A DNA stretch of 64,000 nt from Octopus bimaculoides (GCF_001194135.2 NC_068981.1:54348571-54412570), one strand, 5' to 3'. Shown: positions 28,681 through 41,437, counted from the first letter of the stretch. Notes: generated by a model from the sequence alone, not told the origin. Made by a program: numbers and translations.

Positions 28681-28998
28681 GTGAGGCAAGACCTTCGTAC
28701 ATTGGGCCTCACCGAGGCGATGACTACTGACCGAGACCTTTGGAAATGTGCTGTGCGTGAGAAGACCCGGCAAGCCAAGTAAGATCGTTGCCAGTGCCCC
28801 TGGACTGGTTCTTGTGCGGGTGGCACATGAGATGCACCATTTTGAGCGTGGCTGTTGCCAGTACCGCCTGACTGGCTCCCGTAGGATTTTCGAGCGAGAT
28901 CGTTGCCAGTGCCCCTGGACTGGCTTGTGCGGGTGGCACATAAAAGACACCATTTCGAGCGTGGCCGTTTTCGTGCGGGTGACACGTAAAAGCACCCA
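28681..28998 (+). mobile_element. Young 5'-truncated RTE LINE 3' end with internally duplicated 3' UTR, running into a gap
   Basis: Encodes VRQDLRTLGLTEAMTTDRDLWKCAVREKTRQAK*. agatcgttgccagtgcccctggactgg occurs at 28782 and 28897 (115-bp period). CpG-rich. Confidence 0.88.
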
Positions 28999-29087
28999 NN
29001 NNNNNNNNNNNNNNNNNNNNNNNNNNNNNNNNNNNNNNNNNNNNNNNNNNNNNNNNNNNNNNNNNNNNNNNNNNNNNNNNNNNNNNN
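28999..29087. other. Assembly gap (89 N)
   Basis: Run of N. Confidence 0.99.
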
Positions 29088-29123
<36 letters not shown>

Positions 29124-29126
<3 letters not shown>

Positions 29127-29310
29127 TTCGCCATGATAGATCGCTAGCCACTACACATTCTTTATTTTCTCTCCTTGTTTCTTTCTGTGAAAGAGCGTAG
29201 GCTCGAAGCGTTAAAGACTTTTTCACTTCCCAAGCGTTAAACTAATACATCTGTTTGTTGTCTACACCACCTGTCTTTGTCTTTTGGGTTTTTTTTTGTG
29301 AATTCTCCCG
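29124..29310 (+). mobile_element. Penelope-like element 3' end
   Basis: gaaagagcgtaggctcgaagcgtt..aaactaatacatc..acaccacctgtc motif. Related copies at 56335-56525 (+) and 61268-61620 (-). Confidence 0.55.
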
Positions 29311-29348
29311 ATATATATATATATATATATATAATACTGGCATATTCT

Positions 29349-29571
29349 TATTTCTTTATTGCCCACAAGGGGCTAAACATAGAGGGGACAGACAAAGGGA
29401 TTAAGTCGATTACATCGACCCCAGTGTGTAACTGGTACTTAATTTATCGACCCCAAAAGGATAAAAGGCAAAGTTGACCTCGGCGGAATTTGAACTCAGA
29501 ACGTAACGGCAGATGAAATACCCCTAAGCACTTCGCCTGGCATGCTAACGTTTCTGCCAGCTCGCCGCTGG
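29349..29571 (-). mobile_element. Young SINE family B with 19-bp target-site duplication
   Basis: Minus head gcggcgagctggcagaaacgttagc..gagttcaaattccgcc. Flanks are tataatactggcatattct (29330-29348) and tataatactggtatattct (29572-29590), one mismatch. Confidence 0.9.
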
Positions 29572-30329
29572 TATAATACTGGTATATTCTATTACATGTT
29601 GGATATTCAGCAAAATCAAAATTGTTGCACTTAACATTGACTATCTTTGGTAGTTATAGAAATACTCTAACGAAATTTCCCACTTATAGGCTCAATCTAT
29701 CTTACATGTGAACTATGTATTTGGTTTTCAAGTTTCATGAAAAGAGAAAGGCAAAGTTACATAGAGTATTGTGGAAGCAAGATGTTTAAGTTAAAAAGTA
29801 AAGCTGAGTGTGTTAAGAATGATGTAGGAAACTATTGACCATAAATGACAATTAAAAATGGTAAAATAATTGCACTAACATAACTTTGACCTCCATCTCT
29901 CCTCACTACTGAAAGTATTTGTACCAGACACCTGCTTGGGTCAATTTAGCTTATATCTCTTCCTCATAACATTTTGTTTTTATGCCAATGTAAAAGTTGA
30001 CATAAAGTTAACACAAGTATCTAAATCTTGAAACTGGAGACTATAGAAACATTACTTCCAAAAGTAGCCAACATTGAAATATTTTTTGAGATAGACATGT
30101 TTCTTTTGTTCTTATACATTAGTCTAGAATCATTATTGAATATATCTCATCTCAAATATCATCTTTTCTACTTACCTTCAATATTGAATTCTCAAAATGG
30201 AAAAACTGAGAGAAAATACTCTACAACAGACATGAATATCCATTTTCTGAAAGACTGATTTTGACATCAGTTGTTGAGATTTTAATTTACAGAGACAAGT
30301 TTTTAATTTACAGAGACAAGTTTTTAGCC

Positions 30330-30960
30330 TTCTTTGCATGTCTTTACTAATTCTTTTTAGTACTTAAGTTTGTTTTAGCCATCATAGCCAAGATCATGTT
30401 GGAGCACCACTGCCAGAGTTGAATGGTTTATACCTGTTATGTTGTCTCTGCATATATCCACTGGTCCAATATTTTTGTTGGTTTTCTTCAGTGTTTATAG
30501 CATGTATTGTTGCTGGATCAACAAATTGGTAGAAACTGCTCTTATTTGACTGTAACACTTGAAGATAAGCTGCTTTAGTATGTTAGGGGAAATACATGAA
30601 AATGCTTTTTAAAAATTTCAGAAGAAATTTTAGTCTTTGTTTCATTATCCTTTTAGAAGGCAATTGTATACCTGAGGAACTTTACATGCTAAACTTGTTC
30701 TATAGGTTCCTGGTGCCAGAGTTTGAGGAAAGATGTGTTGAGATCTGAGAGTATATTTCCTTCTCCTTGTCTCTTCTCTCTTGTATGCCTATTCCCATTG
30801 ACATTTCAAAGGTCTCTGACTTTTACAGTCTATAATTATGTCTAGTGAAACATACATCAGCAGACATAGCTTGTCCAGGTCATGAATGTGAAAAGAGTTT
30901 AGAGTAGTTTCTTTGTTTGAAATCATTTTTGTCTAATGTAAAGCATGGGATTTTGTGACA
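30330..30960 (-). mobile_element. Degenerate non-LTR retrotransposon RT fragment
   Basis: Minus strand LKLWHQEPIEQV*HVKFLRYTI resembles the distal RT motif PIEQV..VKFLG.T.D. Upstream there are FIHDL-like and AMSADV (YADD-like) remnants. Confidence 0.55.
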
Positions 30961-31270
30961 TTGGACATGTTATTGTTATTTACCCAATATATGATGTCTA
31001 GATCTTGTTGGAGTTCATAGATACTATTATTTATGTAAATCATTTACACCATTCTAGTGTTAAATCTACCTCAAATCACAGCCTACCAACTTATAAAAAG
31101 GACAGACGTAGTGGATAATGTTGTTTTTAGTACAATGTATCTGAGACTACTCAATTCATAAATGAATTCAACCACTGAAATCTTTTCACTAGTTGTAGTA
31201 AACCTTTTTCTGGCAAAAAAATTATAAATTATTGTAAAAAAACAAACCCAGCAAAATTAGCAACATTGTA

Positions 31271-32304
31271 TCAGGTCATCCCATAAGTTCTGTCTGATTT
31301 TACCTTTTTTTAAAAAGGATGAAATTTAATAGTATTTTAGAATGTCTAATGGAATTAAAAATTATTTCTATGCATTTGTGTACATTTAAACTAATTAAAT
31401 ATTATTTTACAGAATAATAGAATTAAAATTTCTTTGATTAAAACCCTTTCTAACATGGAAGTATCCAAAGAGCATTTAAGGCACATAATGCCTTATGAGT
31501 ACAAAAAAGAAACTCCTCAGCCGAAGCGATTCAAAACATACACTCAGTTTATGGGAAAGAATGCTTGAATGAAAGAACTTGCAGAAGATGGTTTGCAAAA
31601 TTCGGAAGTGGAGATTTCAGCCTTGGAGATGAAGATCAAACAGGACATCCATTTGAGTTTGATGATAAGCTCCTTGAGGCATTACTTGAAGAAAATCCTG
31701 CATTATCAGTTGAAGAATTGGCGATAAAGCTTAGTTCAAAGCATACAACTGTTCATCGTCATCTTCAACAACTTGGAAAGGTTCCTAAACTTGGAAAATG
31801 GGTGCCTCATGAATTGTCCGAAAGCAACCGCAAATCCCGAGTTGACATCTGCTCTTCTCTCCATTCTTGCGAACTCATTTCACCCTTTTTGGATAAACTT
31901 GTGACTGGAGATGAATAATGGATCTTCTATCAAAATATTAAATGTCGTAAACAGTGGCTTGGTAAAAGGGAAAAAAACTCAACCACAACCGAGAAGGGAA
32001 CTTTATGGGAAAAAGGTTCTTCTCTCAATCTGGTGGGATTGCAAAGGAGTAATTCACGTTGAATTGTTATCACCAAATGCAACAATCAATGCTCAAGTCT
32101 ACTGTCAGCAATTAGAGCGTTTGAACCAAGCTTTGAAGAAAAAAGACCTGCTTTAGTGAATTGAAAAGGAGTGATGTTTCATCATCAGGACAATGTGTGA
32201 CCCCACACTGCAAAGATCACATCACAGAAGATCAAAGAGCTTGGTTGGGAAAAAATTCCTCATCCTTTATTAAAGATTTGGACAGAACTTATGGGATGAC
32301 CTGA
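31271..32304 (+). mobile_element. Mariner element, 1034 bp, internally deleted, with perfect 24-bp TIRs and TA target duplication
   Basis: tcaggtcatcccataagttctgtc (31271-31294) is the exact reverse complement of 32281-32304. TA at 31269-70 and 32305-06. Confidence 0.95.
31455..32265 (+). pseudogene. Mariner transposase pseudogene lacking the third catalytic Asp and the C-terminus
   Basis: MEVSKEHLRH.., HTH region RTCRRWFAKFGSGDFSL, KWVPHEL, LVTGDE*, KVLLSIWWDCKGVIH, HHQDN, GWEKIPHP. The sequence then jumps to the right TIR, so YSPDLAPSD is absent. Frameshifts and stops are present. Confidence 0.93.
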
Positions 32305-34262
32305 TATATCAGTCTTTCTGGTGGTTTATTGCTCAACAATGCTCAAAGATAAAGACACAAATACAAAAACACATCTATGTAGATACAGTGACAGCTTATT
32401 TTTATGCTTATCATCATTTTACACTTTTTTTTTTTATATACTGGCATGGTGTTGGATAGGTCACAACAGTTTGTGTCAACTTGTTCACACAGCAACAGAG
32501 GGGAAAAAAGTCTTGTGTATGTTTTAGGCGCAGGAGAACTAACAAGACTCTTTTAGATGCAGGACGACTAACAAGTCTTTTTATTCAAATTTACTGCCTT
32601 CTTAGGTGGGTAGCCTATGATATGGCTTGCAGAATCTACATCTTGCTTATATGTTCCATTTTTAGCATGATTTCCATGGCTGGATGTCTTTTTTTATCAC
32701 CAACCATTTTGCAGAGTGTATTGGGTGCATTTTATTGTGCTACAGGCGCAAGAGAGGTTATTTTATATAAAGGAGACTAAAGAGCTCACTCTACTGTCAG
32801 TTGTTTTTCAGAGTTACTGCTCTCCTTGACAGAATATATGTATTCACAAGGGAATAATATTAATTTTGTATATGGCTAAGCTTGGTTTAGTGATATTTTA
32901 TTAAAATTATTTCTTTCAATTAGCTGTAATTCTTATTTCACCTCGTCCGTAACTGAATTAGATTCTCAATCTCACAGAAATTATACAACAGACCCCTCTT
33001 CTTCAGTGATGCATTGAGACAGTGTAAAAGCCATTCAAATGGATGGGTAATAGCACACGACAATCTCAATAAAATATTTCTAATTGAGTGGTCATAATGT
33101 GAATCCTTCTGGATTTATTTGTCACAGAGGGGAAGATTGCTGATGCAATTTTGCCTAGTGACAGTGTAAAATAAATGATTCCTAAAGGAATAACATTTTG
33201 TTTAGTGGTTGTTCAATTGTAATCAGAGTCATCGTAGGTGGGAATATATGTCATGTACAGATGAGCTATATGAAAAAAAAAAAAGAATTTGCTTATTTTT
33301 ATCTCGGATGAAATATCTTTCTCTCAAACACCATACTGGGATGGAAATTGCAAGACAGTTTTAGACAGTATAAATGGGGAAAAAATATAAGAAAAGAAAA
33401 ATATGAGTTGAGAATTTAATATTTCACCCGGTCTCAAATGGTGGTCTTGACAACACTGCATTGTTATTTAGATATTGTTTTTTTGAAAGAAGATGAAATA
33501 AACAAGCAAATAATATTGACACCTAATTATTTGACATCACTGACAGCAGTGCTTATAAAGCATGACCTACATCAAGCCTGCTACCTGTCATCATCAGTAT
33601 TGATAGCATTATTATAATAAATATTTCTTTACATGGTAGTTTGAAACCCAACATTTTCAGTTCAACTCAAGTTGATTCTAACATATTTCACTCATTCACA
33701 TTACAGGTTTATATCAGTATACTTATGCATCTAAATTCTTTTTGAATTTCTGGATTGTTATAGGATACTACTTTAACAATAGATACAATGTGTTATCAAG
33801 TGAAGCCTGTTAAGAGAATTACATTTCAATTTAAACTACGGAAGACTTGCTTAAAAATAACTAATCAGTAAGTGGATAAATAAGGGAACACAACACAAGC
33901 ATACTGTAGTCTGCATTCAAGAGAAAACCATCTGACAGTTTGGCAAAGAATCGTCAATACACTACAACTTGTGGCCTACAGATGCACTGTTTCTTCACTC
34001 TGCTTATTCTTTCATATAATCAAGTGCAGTTGTAAACACATACATGCACACACATAAATGCAGGTATGGCTGTTTTGCTTCGAAGTCTGATTCTCCGCTA
34101 TGTGGTTTGGGATTCAATTCCACTAAGCAGCACCTTATACAAGTGTCTTCTACTATAGTCCTGAGATGACCAAAGCTTTGTGAGAATTTCATTGTGTGTG
34201 TGTGTATTTTGTTTTAACTTGCCACGAAATGTCCTGAAGAGTAGCCTGTTATGTTATGGCAC

Positions 34263-34313
<51 letters not shown>

Positions 34314-34315
<2 letters not shown>

Positions 34316-34766
34316 GTAATCCCTCGACTATCATGGGTGTTACATTCCAAAACCCCCTGTGATGGGTGAAAATCTGCAAAGTAGAAACAGTATTTTTATA
34401 ATTTGTATATATTTATTTTATTGTAAATGCAAAACAATACCACACACTCGCCTCCCAAGTTTTGTTTTCCATACAGTATGTGCAATTCTTTGTTTACTCA
34501 TCTATGGTACACTATGTATTTCCTTTTAATATATTTTAATTAATGTGCAGTACTGTATTTTTATTTATTAATTTATTAATTTTTAGGTGTGAAAATGCTT
34601 ATTTCATGACAGAAATAATTAAAATCTAAAAAGATATGAATACCTATTGGCTGCAGAAACCCATGATATACTGAGGAATCTGTGATATAAATTTACATAT
34701 ATTAGCCAGAAAAATCTGCGCTGTACTGAGCGTGCGACAGATGAACCATGATATGGCACATGATTA

Positions 34767-34769
<3 letters not shown>
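34314..34769. mobile_element. pogo/Tigger-type MITE
   Basis: Left cagtaatccctcgactatc; right gatatggcacatgattactg followed by TA (imperfect CAGTAATC TIRs). AT-rich interior with no ORF. Confidence 0.75.
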
Positions 34770-34817
<48 letters not shown>

Positions 34818-34879
34818 TATATCCATACGTATATGTACATACCTACATCTATATGTATACATACATGCATATAGGTACA

Positions 34880-35040
34880 GGACATCAAAAAAACGTTAAA
34901 CACAATGAGAAACGAAAACATAGAAAACGAACTTTTTTCGAACAATGAAAAAAACAAGCAGAGAAACGAGACATGCAACGTAAAGAGTATAACCCTTCGT
35001 CAGTTGTCCCTGTTTCATCTACCCCACATTTCGAAGGCAA
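34880..35040 (-). mobile_element. Penelope-like element 3' end
   Basis: Minus strand ccttcgaaatg..caactgacgaaggg.. motif. Same family as 11325-11430. Confidence 0.5.
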
Positions 35041-35213
35041 ATATATATAGGGTGTGTGTATGTGTGTGCATATTTTTTATGTATATTTTATGTGTGATGG
35101 ATGATGTAGTGTCGGTTATGTAACTAACATGGATTATAAAATGGCTGTCAACTAATTGAATAAACGTCTGTTTTTTCATTTCACTTATTTGATAAATTTT
35201 TACACCCCCACTC

Positions 35214-35231
35214 NNNNNNNNNNNNNNNNNN
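35214..35231. other. Assembly gap (18 N)
   Basis: Run of N. Confidence 0.99.
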
Positions 35232-35987
35232 CCCCCACACACAAATACATGCACGTGTTACCTGTTATATGATAGCTAACTTTGGAAGTATATTTTTGCC
35301 ACCATGGTTGACATCAGAAAATACAGCATATGTACAACAATTATAATTTAACTTTTAGCTAATTTCTTGGTGCTTGTACAAAATGATGAGGTGAATTCTA
35401 ACTTTCAAACAGAAACTATTGCCTTAAAATAAAATAAAATAAAACAAATTTCGTATTTGTATAATTCTTACCATAACTACTCTGTCATTTACTCCCTCTT
35501 CTCTCTCTCTGATTCTTTTTCTTCCCTCATCCTGTACCTCTGTTAACTCTCTCTCTCCCTCTCCCTCCCTCTTTCTATGTAATTTTTCCAGTCATGTTGG
35601 AGAAATCAACAAACAAGTTAACATTTATATCAGCTATTATGATATGGATGCGTGTGTGTATGTGTGATATCTTTTTCTCTTGAGATTGAATGTTTATTGT
35701 AAATGAATCTTATCATTTGCTTGCTGTGTTCTTTGAAATCATGCCTAACCAGTGTATTGTTCAAATTCAAAGGACTAGGAAAAATATTACCTTACTTGGA
35801 AATAGGTGATGGTTGGCAACAAGAAGGGCATTTGGCTATAGAAATTCTGCCTCAGTGAATTTTTTCTGGCCTATGCCAGCGTAGGAAAGTGAACACTATG
35901 ATGATGGTGTAATATATAAATATGTTAGGTTTCTTTTCACTCTCTCTCTTTTTTCCTCTGCATGCTCATGTGCACGCACGCGCACAT

Positions 35988-36023
<36 letters not shown>

Positions 36024-37809
36024 TTACTTTTTAAATATAACTACTAGTGAAGATGATGATGAATCACTGAAGTTAAAAGGCAAACTACTTGAAAAATTAT
36101 TAGATGAGACAATATTACCTTCAGCTGAGCACACAAAGTATCGATCCAATATATTAAGATGAAATATTTTTATTAGAAGAAAAGATAAAATTTTAATACA
36201 GTTAGATTTACAAAAGTTGCATATTTGCAAATTTGTGCTAAGAGTTTGTAAATACAGACATCCTGTTAGTAAAAAGCATCAATCTGTCAAATTGAAAATG
36301 AAATCTTTTTCTATGTTGGATGTTTTCAGTGGTAGTGGTTGGTGGTTTGTATATGCTGAAGAAAAGGGTAAAGTGAGATAATATAGTTGGAAAGTGTTGG
36401 TATGAGAAAAAATATAAAAAAATAAATGAACAAGCAAAACAAGGAAACAAAAACCTTATGTGGCAGTGGGTAGCTGATTTTGTTCTAGGTCAGTAGATCT
36501 ACAAAATGACAACAGGCAGTCAGTGTATAAGGAAAGAGTAGAAACATGAATTCTTAAAGACAAGGTCTAATAAGATTGAAAGGATTTTAAAGAGAGAGAG
36601 AGAGAGAAAATAAAAGAAGTAATCTAGAAACTTTTCCTACTAGAGACTCTCCTTAAACATTGTTCAGATTATATAGCAGTTCTTTTTGTTAGTACCTACA
36701 TTTCAACATATTATACACACACTGTAAGAAAGAAAAAAAAGTAAAATTATATGTATATGCAAGCGTGTGTGTGTGTGTGTGTGTGTGTTTGCATGCACAT
36801 GTGTTCGTGTCTTTCCCATCTGATAAATGAATTCAGTTTGAAGAGAGAAGTAATACAAACAAAGGAAAAAAAATGAAAGAAAACACAAGAAGAAAAAAAG
36901 GAAGAGGGTATTAGGAAGATATGAAAGAAGGCTTTCAATACATTTATCTTAATTTTGTTTCTAACTTTTAGTATGGGAGCCATTAAACATACTGTATAGT
37001 TACCTCCTTCTCATCATTTTAATGTCCATTGTCCAAGCTGGCATTTGTTTCACTATCTTAATGATGTACCAGCTACTGGTAGGGTTCACTAACTTCCCAA
37101 TGTTACATGTTATGGTACAGTACATTTCACTATCATCTCAATTTTACCTGGTCCTTAGTTCCTTCTTCAGTACAAAAAAAAAAAAGCAAAAAAAAACCCA
37201 AACAAAAAACAAACAAAACAAAAGAAAACGGGCTTAGCTAATTTGTTCTAGTCAGAGAATAAATTACTCTTGCATATCATCTGCTTTAAAAATAATTAAG
37301 TTTGTTGTTAGTAATGCAGAAAGTGTTAGAAAGCTTACTAGAAAAAAAATGTGGTGAGGAAAAATTAATTTTAATCATTAATTGTCACAAATATCAACTC
37401 TTTTGACAAGTAAGTCTTCCATACTTACTGAGAGAATCTAATGAACTGTACAAATATGTAGGTGTAGAATGACATTCGCATGATAAATTATTCTTAGATG
37501 CCATCAACATGAAACAACTCACCCCACCAAGAAAATAAATTAGTCAATGACTAATATTGTCTTTGTATAATCTTTTGACGCATTGAATATACTAAGACTA
37601 ACTTAGATGTTATTTTGTTCTGAGATTTTTACTGTATCTTTGTCATTGGTTCCTGTAAAATTGATAGAGAATCAATCAAATGCCTTGCAGTATTTGTTCA
37701 AGCCTTCGTGTTTTGAGTTCAAATCTCATTAGGGTCACATTTGCATTGTATTCTTGTTCTAGGGTCTGTTTTCTCCCTCCCTCCCTCCTTTTTTTAGCTC
37801 ACGCGCGTG

Positions 37810-37863
<54 letters not shown>

Positions 37864-39174
37864 TAATTTGTGCTTAATTATTGCTACTACAAGAAAAGGA
37901 TTGAATGAGCAGCTACTAGTTTGTTACTAAAACTTTTCAAAGAAACCATTGTGGTTGGCATAACAGATGTGGATAGACTTATATGTGATGTTGCGTAGGA
38001 TGAACTGAAGACTAAGGGTTTAGTTATTTAGTACTGTTTATCCATCTCTCAGTTTTGTTGATGCATTGTTCATATATAACTGTTTTCTCCAGATATCTTA
38101 ACCAATATATCTGAAAATCTATTGCACCAATTTATTTGCAAATGTAAAGCCGTTACTTTTTCTCACTCAGCTGTATAGAACTACATCTTAGTGGTTTCAA
38201 GTTTCAATTCTTTTGGCACTGATTTGGCTTTAACATTTATAATGGCTAATAAAAATGTATCACTGATACATTAGGACAGGTAATCAAATTCACAAGAGTT
38301 GGTGGAGAAGCAAAAAGAATATGCTTGTCAAAATAATACATAGCATTTACAAGTACTCCATGAAATTAGAAAAGGAACAAACATTTCCATCATAGTTAAC
38401 ACAATATCTTACCTGTTTTTTTAGTAGAGTAAATCTAACACAAGTTATGCAAAGAATCTGTCAGTAGCTTAAAATACCAGAAATACTAAAATTTGTGGAA
38501 CAAACCTCTTTCTTTTTCTATGTCAATAAAACTGACTGTTTATCGCTGCATCAGGAGAGCTTCAAGTAATACTATAGGTAGTATTACTCTGATTACATTA
38601 TTTATAAATGCCACCTGTTTAAGTGTTACCATTTTCATTAAGGTATATGTATTTGTATGTACATCTGTATAATTTTTTTTATCAAGCACAAAGTTGATTT
38701 TTGTGTATAGTTGATTGGCATGATGCTAGTGTTTAACCTTGCACTTAGTTTATTTACGTTGAAGGATGAAAAAGCAAGGCAAACTCTCTTGCCAATTTCC
38801 TACCTCATTTATTTAATTAAAAATTCTTTTACTTTTTCTTTGTTTTGTGTAAGATTTATTTTTATTTTTGTATTTATGAAGAACAAAGTATATTGTATTT
38901 GTTTGTTAAAAGTTTCTCAAACATTTATTTTATATTGCAGGTAAGGAGTATTTAAAAGAAAATATTAGTATTGGTAAGAATATATTTATTTTTCCCACTT
39001 GTATAGTTAATAAAAGAGGTTGTCATTCTTGGTACCCTGTATGATGTAATTTTATATCTTTATTGTGAGTGTTTGCCAGAAGTTGAGCATTAAGCAGGGT
39101 ACAAAAAAAAAAAACAATGATTAAAAAAAAAATAATGATTCAAACCAAACTTTTATATTGAAATTACAGATCAT

Positions 39175-39479
39175 NNNNNNNNNNNNNNNNNNNNNNNNNN
39201 NNNNNNNNNNNNNNNNNNNNNNNNNNNNNNNNNNNNNNNNNNNNNNNNNNNNNNNNNNNNNNNNNNNNNNNNNNNNNNNNNNNNNNNNNNNNNNNNNNNN
39301 NNNNNNNNNNNNNNNNNNNNNNNNNNNNNNNNNNNNNNNNNNNNNNNNNNNNNNNNNNNNNNNNNNNNNNNNNNNNNNNNNNNNNNNNNNNNNNNNNNNN
39401 NNNNNNNNNNNNNNNNNNNNNNNNNNNNNNNNNNNNNNNNNNNNNNNNNNNNNNNNNNNNNNNNNNNNNNNNNNNNNNN
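39175..39479. other. Assembly gap (305 N)
   Basis: Run of N. Confidence 0.99.
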
Positions 39480-39737
39480 ATATATATATATATATATATA
39501 TATACTGTTTTTCTCTGTTATATTGGTGTGCTACGGTGGATTATTTAAGACTTGGCTCTTATTTCTAGCAGCTAGATGCTCATTAAGCATCATTACGATA
39601 TTTCATAGCTCCTTAAAGCTATCATAACTGCGTTCCACCAATGCTACTACTGGTGATATCATCAAATTTTGAATTTATCCACAGATGATATGAACAGTAG
39701 TGACATCTAACTTCAAATCTCAGTGTTTGAATATTTC

Positions 39738-39779
<42 letters not shown>

Positions 39780-41434
39780 GAAATATACATGTATTTACTC
39801 TAGGATTCTTTATTATTCTATTATTAATGTTTACACCTATTATTAATATTTTGTGTAATGTGCTGATTGTAATCCTTTCTGAGTGATGTAGTATTTGTTT
39901 GGTCTGTAACATTTTCTTATCTTTTCAACTTAGACTTATTCATATATATCTGGAAGCACATGAATATATATAATCTTTAAAACTCTATTTGTACTCTTCT
40001 AATTATGGGAAAGTTGTTTTAATTTATATGAATATTTGAAAATCACTTTCCATTTTCTGTCTTATTCTTTCCTTGTTAATGTGTATTTGGGTAAATATAG
40101 ATACATTTAAGTGTTGGTTTTCATACTGTAGAAACTTGTACTGTGATTATATTTGTGTAAATAAGGATAAGAATGAGGAAGAAAGAACGTGTGTGTGTCT
40201 GTACACACTTTAAATAATAAATGAAACCCGGTGAAGACTGTTGAAATGAAACAAGATGTAACTGTTATTCTTAAAGCTGACATCACTTGCTTTTAAGTAA
40301 ATATAAATCAATGATTAGGTAAATGTTAAAGCAATGAATAAAATAAGCTAACAAGCACCAAGTTAAATGCTTTCTATACTCCTTTCCTTGACAATAATTT
40401 AGTTGCTATTTCTGTTTAATATTATCTATATACTATTGTTTGTCCTTTATTTGTTATTATTGAATCTCTCATTAAGAGAAATTCTGGAATGTTGGCTGTT
40501 CTGATTACTGGATCTGTAAATACAAACTTTGATTATTTATCTCAAAGTGATAAATAATCTTTATTTCTCTCTTCAAAAATATATTTAATGAAAAGCCTTG
40601 TATATTTTCTAATCATTTTGCTTTAACTAAGTATCACCCTTAGCCAGTGGACCTATTATTAAACATTTTTATTTTGCGTTGAAGGATTATACTCAAAATT
40701 TTGAGTCATTTACTCAACAATTTTCTATGGATTTTTTTAAACATTTTTTGTATCACCAAAGATTGATGGTAAAAACAAGTTGCAAAAATGAACCATTTCT
40801 TTGCTCAAAAATCAATTACATTAATGTTGGAACCTAAGAACTAAATTACTGAATTAACAAATTCTATGAGATTTGTTTTTCTCCTGAGAGATCAAACCTG
40901 AACTTCTAAAAATTGTAGCTTTTACAATTAAGTCATGTATACAGCTTCACTTGTATTAATTTGGAATTAAGCTATTAATATACATACACACATATGGCCA
41001 TGTGATTAAGAAGTTTGTTTTGCAACCATGTGGTTTTCCACTGCATGGTACCGTAGGTGTTGTCTGTTACAGCACCAAGCCTAAGAATGCTGTGTGAGAG
41101 AATTTGGTAGACAGAAACTACAGGAAACCCATCTTGTGTGTGTGCATGCATGAGTGTGCACGGTGAACTTCCTTCCTGTAGTTTTGTCTATTAAATTCCC
41201 CTACCCAGCTGGGTTTATAATAGAAGACACCCCAAGTACCATTGTTGTAAGAGCCAACCCAAAACCACATGGTTGCAAATTGAACTTCTTAACTTACCTT
41301 ATCTACACAGCCATGCTTGCATGTTTATTGATGGTTCAATCTCACGTTAATCTGACAGGAAATTAAGACTTTTCTGTAGAAAGAGAAACCTTTAGGAACT
41401 CAAGTTTGATCTCTTCTGACTGATGTGATGTGTA

Positions 41435-41437
<3 letters not shown>

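Noticed and set aside
28782-28985. Repeat-spacer-like pattern suggesting a CRISPR array
   Set aside because: Only two long units with similar spacers, inside an RTE 3' UTR of a eukaryote, and no cas genes.
28600-29226. 208-aa minus-strand ORF and overlapping ORFs
   Set aside because: They span an 89-N gap, a (TA)n run and the antisense of an RTE 3' end.
30280-30321. 21-bp tandem duplication (similar ones at ~2153, ~4582, ~15045, ~21555)
   Set aside because: Ordinary slippage duplications with no further structure.
30657-30748. Protein-looking + strand frame after a strong acceptor (EGNCIPEELYMLNLFYRFLVPEFEERCVEI*)
   Set aside because: It is the antisense of the LINE RT remnant (PIEQV*HVKFL) on the minus strand.
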